Part shown: one piece after another, positions 60,406 through 64,000 of the stretch | How the letters are laid out: every line of letters starts with the position of its first letter | Numbering within the stretch: the first letter of the stretch is position 1 | Assembly (NCBI GenBank): GCA_963822445.1 | Contig: CAWGHO010000001.1 | Span: 1,408,001 to 1,472,000 of the forward strand | DNA length: 64,000 nucleotides | Direction: 5' to 3' | DNA from: an uncultured Acidobacteriota bacterium | GTDB lineage: Bacteria > Acidobacteriota > Thermoanaerobaculia > Gp7-AA8 | Notes under the pieces: model-generated | Told to the model about the DNA's origin: nothing | The model's input: only the letters and a program-made list of their open reading frames with translations | The model's database searches: none | Program-made: the position numbers and the translations under genes

Positions 60406-61041
60406 TCAGCCGCCCTGCTTTTCCCGGTTCACCGCGTTCAGGCTCGCGTAGAGCCGTTCGTGCACGGTGAGCGCATCGCGGTAGATCTGCGGAAACTGCG
60501 GCATGTCCTTCGTCGCCACGACCAGGTTCACGCCGTAGAGAAACGCCGCGTTCCCGTCCAGCGTGCGCAGGTTATCCGCCACCAGTACGAAGAATGACTT
60601 CCGCCGGTCGACGGGAGTGAGCGAGATGATCGCCGCCATCGCTTCGAGAGGCGGCGGCGTGATCTGCGGCGGATTGATGAAGACGACGTGCGGATACTCC
60701 TGCATGTAGTACTCGCGAGCCTGGCGCGCCTCGGCGTGATAGACCGGCAGATAGCCGATGAGCTTGGCCGCCTGACGCAACGCCGCGTCGTCTTTTCCGA
60801 CGATCAGCGCTTTCTCGCCGAAGTCATTCGCGTGATCGTCATCGTCCGCCGCTCCAGCAGCGCTCTGCGGCTGCGGCGTTTCGACCGGAACGGCCGGCCC
60901 GCCCGCTCCCTCCAGGTTGCGCCGGTCGACAGTGACCTTGGCCTTGCACACCGGGCAGGGAAAGGAGACCTCGCGCATGGGCAGCTTGGTCTCGTCGAGC
61001 GAGAGCGGCTTCTGGCAACTCGTGCAGTTGATCTTGATCAT
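60406..61041 (-). CDS. Zinc-ribbon (MJ0042-like) domain protein
   Basis: MIKINCTSC...CPVC; directly downstream of pilT. Confidence 0.78.
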   Translation of the reverse strand: MIKINCTSCQKPLSLDETKLPMREVSFPCPVCKAKVTVDRRNLEGAGGPAVPVETPQPQSAAGAADDDDHANDFGEKALIVGKDDAALRQAAKLIGYLPVYHAEARQAREYYMQEYPHVVFINPPQITPPPLEAMAAIISLTPVDRRKSFFVLVADNLRTLDGNAAFLYGVNLVVATKDMPQFPQIYRDALTVHERLYASLNAVNREKQGG

Positions 61042-61043
61042 CG

Positions 61044-62191
61044 CTACTCCAGCATCGAACATCGATGTCCTGGTCCGGCTCCGGTGCCCCCTCGGGCTCA
61101 TCGGTCATGCGCAGGGCCAGGTTGGTGGGATTCGTCGCGTACGCCATGGCCGTCTCTTTCGAGATCATCTTCGCGTTCCACATCTTCTCGATCTCGTCGT
61201 CGAAGGTCTGCATGCCGTCGACCTGCCCGTCATGCATGGCGTCGGTGAGCGAGCGTCCCTTCCGACTCCCCTTTCATGACGTAGTCGCGCGTGCGCATGG
61301 TCGACTTGAGGATCTCCAGCGCGGCCACGCGGCCGCCGCCGATCTTCGGCAGCAGGCGCTGGGAGATGACGTAGCGGAACGACTGCGAGAACCGCGTGCG
61401 GATCTGCGGCTCCTGATCTTTCGGGAAGACGCCGACGATGCGGTCGATGGTCTTGGCCGCGTCGATGGTGTGCAGCGTGGAGAGCACGAGGTGGCCCGTC
61501 TCCGCCGCTTCCATGGCGATCTCGATCGTCTCCACGTCGCGCATCTCGCCGATGAGGATGACCTTCGGCGCCTGGCGCAGCGCGGCGCGCAGGGCGAGCG
61601 AGAAGGTCTTGGTGTCCGCGCCCACCTCGCGCTGGTTCACCGTCGACTTCGCGTGCTGGTGCATGTACTCGACAGGGTCCTCGATGGTGATGATGTGGTA
61701 GGCCTGCTCGTGGTTGATCTCGTTGATGATCGCGGCGAGGGTCGTGGACTTGCCCGAGCCGGTGGGGCCGGTGACGAGCACGATCCCGTTCTTCAGCTTG
61801 GCGATGTTGTAGATCTCGTGCGGCATCCCCAGCTGCCTCGACGCGTGGGGATGCCCTTCGGGGATGACGCGCAGGACGATCGGCGTACGTGCCGCGCTGC
61901 GAGAAGATGTTCACGCGGAAGCGGGTCTTCTGCGGAATCGAGTAGGAAAGGTCGACCGAGCCGTTGCTCATCAGCGTGCGGGTGAGCTCGCGATCGCCGC
62001 GCAGCATGTGCATGGCGATGATCTCGGTCTGGAACGGCGTGAGCCGCGGCAGGCCGGGAAAGTTCACCGGCACCAGCTGGCCGTCCACTTCGACCTGCGG
62101 CGGCGCGCCCGACCGAGAAGTTGAGGTCGGATACCCGGTCGGAGATCTTCAGCATCGCCTCGAGAATGGCGTCGAGATTGAAATTTTTCAT
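61044..62191 (-). CDS. pilT: PilT/PilU-family ATPase (frameshifted)
   Basis: [44 protein letters not shown]. Confidence 0.9.
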
Positions 62192-62221
62192 GGCGGGAAG
62201 CCTCGGCGGAGCATTGTAACG

Positions 62222-62310
62222 GGTAGGCGGTTGGCGGTAGGCAGTAGGCGGTGGATAGAATCGCGGCGTTGTCAGACTCCCGCCTACCGCCTGCCGCCTA
62301 CCGCCCACCG
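62222..62310. repeat. Inverted tandem 7-mer hairpin, GGTAGGC family
   Basis: GGTAGGC GGTTGGC GGTAGGC AGTAGGC ... CGCCTAC CGCCTGC CGCCTAC CGCCCAC. Confidence 0.88.
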
Positions 62311-62715
62311 ATCCTCGCCATCGATCTCGGCGCGCGGCGCATCGGCATCGCCATCAGCGATTCCGGAGTCGTGGCCACACCTCATTCCGTCATGCGAAAC
62401 GAAGGCGACGTCGTCGCGAAGCTGGCCAATCTGGGCAATGAGATCGGCGCCCAGACCTACGTCGTCGGAATCCCACGGCAGGGTCACGTTGCGAAGAGCG
62501 AACAGAAGTACCGCGACTTCGCCGAGGCCCTGCGGCAGAAAACCTGCAAACCGGTCGTGCTCTGGGACGAATCCCTCTCCACCGTCGAAGCTTCGGATAG
62601 GCTGCGCGCTTCCGGCCGCAGCCGGCGGGACGCCCAAAAAGACATCGACATGCACGCTGCCGCAGTGATCCTTCAGTCCTATCTCGACGACGCCTCTTCG
62701 CGGAGGCCGTCATAG
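62269..62715 (+). CDS. ruvX: RuvX/YqgF pre-16S rRNA nuclease
   Basis: LAIDLGARRIGIAISD, VVGIP, WDESLST, IDMHAAAVILQSYLD; start uncertain (TTG 62269 or GTG 62251). Confidence 0.92.
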   Translation: MSDSRLPPAAYRPPILAIDLGARRIGIAISDSGVVATPHSVMRNEGDVVAKLANLGNEIGAQTYVVGIPRQGHVAKSEQKYRDFAEALRQKTCKPVVLWDESLSTVEASDRLRASGRSRRDAQKDIDMHAAAVILQSYLDDASSRRPS

Positions 62716-62744
62716 CCCGCGCGCGCGGCGGTTGCCGGAAGGTC

Positions 62745-63779
62745 ATGCGGTCGCTGATGACCATCGGCGTCTTCGGCGTGCTCCTGGCCATCGGCGCGGG
62801 CTTCTTCTTCTGGCGCGCGGTCAGCACGCCGTACAAGGGCTACTCCGAACCGGCGAAACGCGTGGAAGTGCGCCGCGGCCAGCGCACGTCGACCATCCTT
62901 CAGAACCTGCAGAAGGAAGGGCTGTTTCGCGACCAGTGGATTCCGCTGGTGTACATGAAACTGCTGCGCAGAAACGACTCGATCAAAGCGGGCGTCTACG
63001 AGTTCGACAAAGCGCTGTCGCCCGTCGACGTGATCGACAAGCTCGTTCGCGGCGACGTGATCCTCAAGTCGATCACCATCCGCGAAGGGCTCGATCGTTT
63101 TGCCATCGCGAAGATCTTCGCAGCCGAAGGTCTCGGCACCGAGGAGCAGTGGAAACAGGTCACCAGCGAGGCCGATCTGATTCGCGACATCGCACCGGAA
63201 GCGCAATCGCTCGAGGGTTACCTTTTCCCCGACACTTACAAATTCGATCCCGGCACGTCCGCGGCGACGATCGCAAAGGCGATGGTCGCGAACTTCCGGA
63301 AGAACTGGGGAAACGAGATCGCCCTCATCGCCACCGGTCTCGATCCGCATCAGACGGTGACTCTCGCTTCGATCGTGGAAACTGAAGCTCGGTTGCCGCA
63401 GGAGCGGCCGATCGTGGCGTCGGTCTACTTCAACCGCATCCAGAAGCGCATGCTCCTCGGTGCCGATCCGACCGTCATCTACGCGCTCAAGCTCGAAGGC
63501 CGCTGGAACGGCAACATCACCAAAGCGGACCTGCAGATCGCGTCGCCCTACAACACGTACCGCACTCCCGGCCTCCCTCCCGGTCCGATCGCGAATCCCG
63601 GCCTCGCGTCACTTCGGGCCGCGGCGGCTCCGTCGGCGACGCCCTACCTCTATTTCGTTGCCCGGAACGATGGATCGCACGTCTTCTCGACCAATAACGC
63701 CGAGCACAATCGGAATGTCGAGAAGTACCAGCGGCAGTACTTCCGGGACAAGAGGCGGGCCCAGCAGCAGGGGAAATAA
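62745..63779 (+). CDS. mltG: Endolytic transglycosylase MltG
   Basis: LEGYLFPDTY, LASIVETE, ADPTV, SPYNTY..PGLPPGPIANPG. Confidence 0.96.
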   Translation: MRSLMTIGVFGVLLAIGAGFFFWRAVSTPYKGYSEPAKRVEVRRGQRTSTILQNLQKEGLFRDQWIPLVYMKLLRRNDSIKAGVYEFDKALSPVDVIDKLVRGDVILKSITIREGLDRFAIAKIFAAEGLGTEEQWKQVTSEADLIRDIAPEAQSLEGYLFPDTYKFDPGTSAATIAKAMVANFRKNWGNEIALIATGLDPHQTVTLASIVETEARLPQERPIVASVYFNRIQKRMLLGADPTVIYALKLEGRWNGNITKADLQIASPYNTYRTPGLPPGPIANPGLASLRAAAAPSATPYLYFVARNDGSHVFSTNNAEHNRNVEKYQRQYFRDKRRAQQQGK

Positions 63780-63849
63780 GTTCGCGGACAATTCCGTCAC
63801 AGTTTGGTATCCTCTCCACTCTCCAGCAAATAACTTTGGGGGTCCATCT

Positions 63850-64000
63850 ATGGCGACGCGCAACAAGCCGTACGACTCGTTCGGTCCGTACATTCTTTTC
63901 AAGAAGCTCGAATCGGACTCGCTGGGCGATCTCTGGCGGGCAGCACGGTTCGACAGCGGACAGATCGGACCTCCCCTGGCGGTGCGAAGGCTTTCCGGCG
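63850..64000 (+). CDS. N-terminus of a Ser/Thr kinase-like protein (truncated by window)
   Basis: MATRNKPYDSFGPYILFKKLESDSLGDLWRAAR...LAVRRL resembles kinase subdomains I-II. Confidence 0.55.
   Translation, partial: MATRNKPYDSFGPYILFKKLESDSLGDLWRAARFDSGQIGPPLAVRRLSG

Overview
High-GC bacterial chromosomal window. Gene content and style suggest Acidobacteriota, probably Thermoanaerobaculia-like; this is inference only. It is mostly core and envelope genes: a Rieske oxygenase with an APC permease, livKHMGF, an ECH-AKR-ALDH cluster, pfkA, htrA, ribD/ribE, pyrRBC-RR-pilT-queF, a SpoIID-domain lipoprotein, OmpA, mutL, tRNA-Gly, lpxC-DUF4390-ntrYX-like, smpB, a VapBC-like pair, an archaeal-type GAPDH homologue, accD-folC-glyA-sirC, a YfhO/GT2/YfhO-M20-pilin cluster, a second pilT, ruvX and mltG. 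Many genes at about 12.4-24.8, 49.4 and 61-62.2 kb carry indels that look like assembly errors, so their boundaries are approximate. No CRISPR array, prophage or transposase was seen. The most unusual signals are non-coding. (1) Eight intergenic elements made of about 4 tandem 7- or 8-mers, a short spacer and the same repeats inverted (one has only one arm), in four different sequence families that share one architecture. (2) About eight correctly spaced sigma-54 -24/-12 motifs in front of envelope, pilin and stress genes, including lpxC. (3) Many TAnnnT boxes 5-10 nt before start codons, suggesting widespread leaderless mRNAs. Among coding signals, a GT2 plus two GT-C genes next to tandem pilins suggests a pilin or surface glycosylation system.
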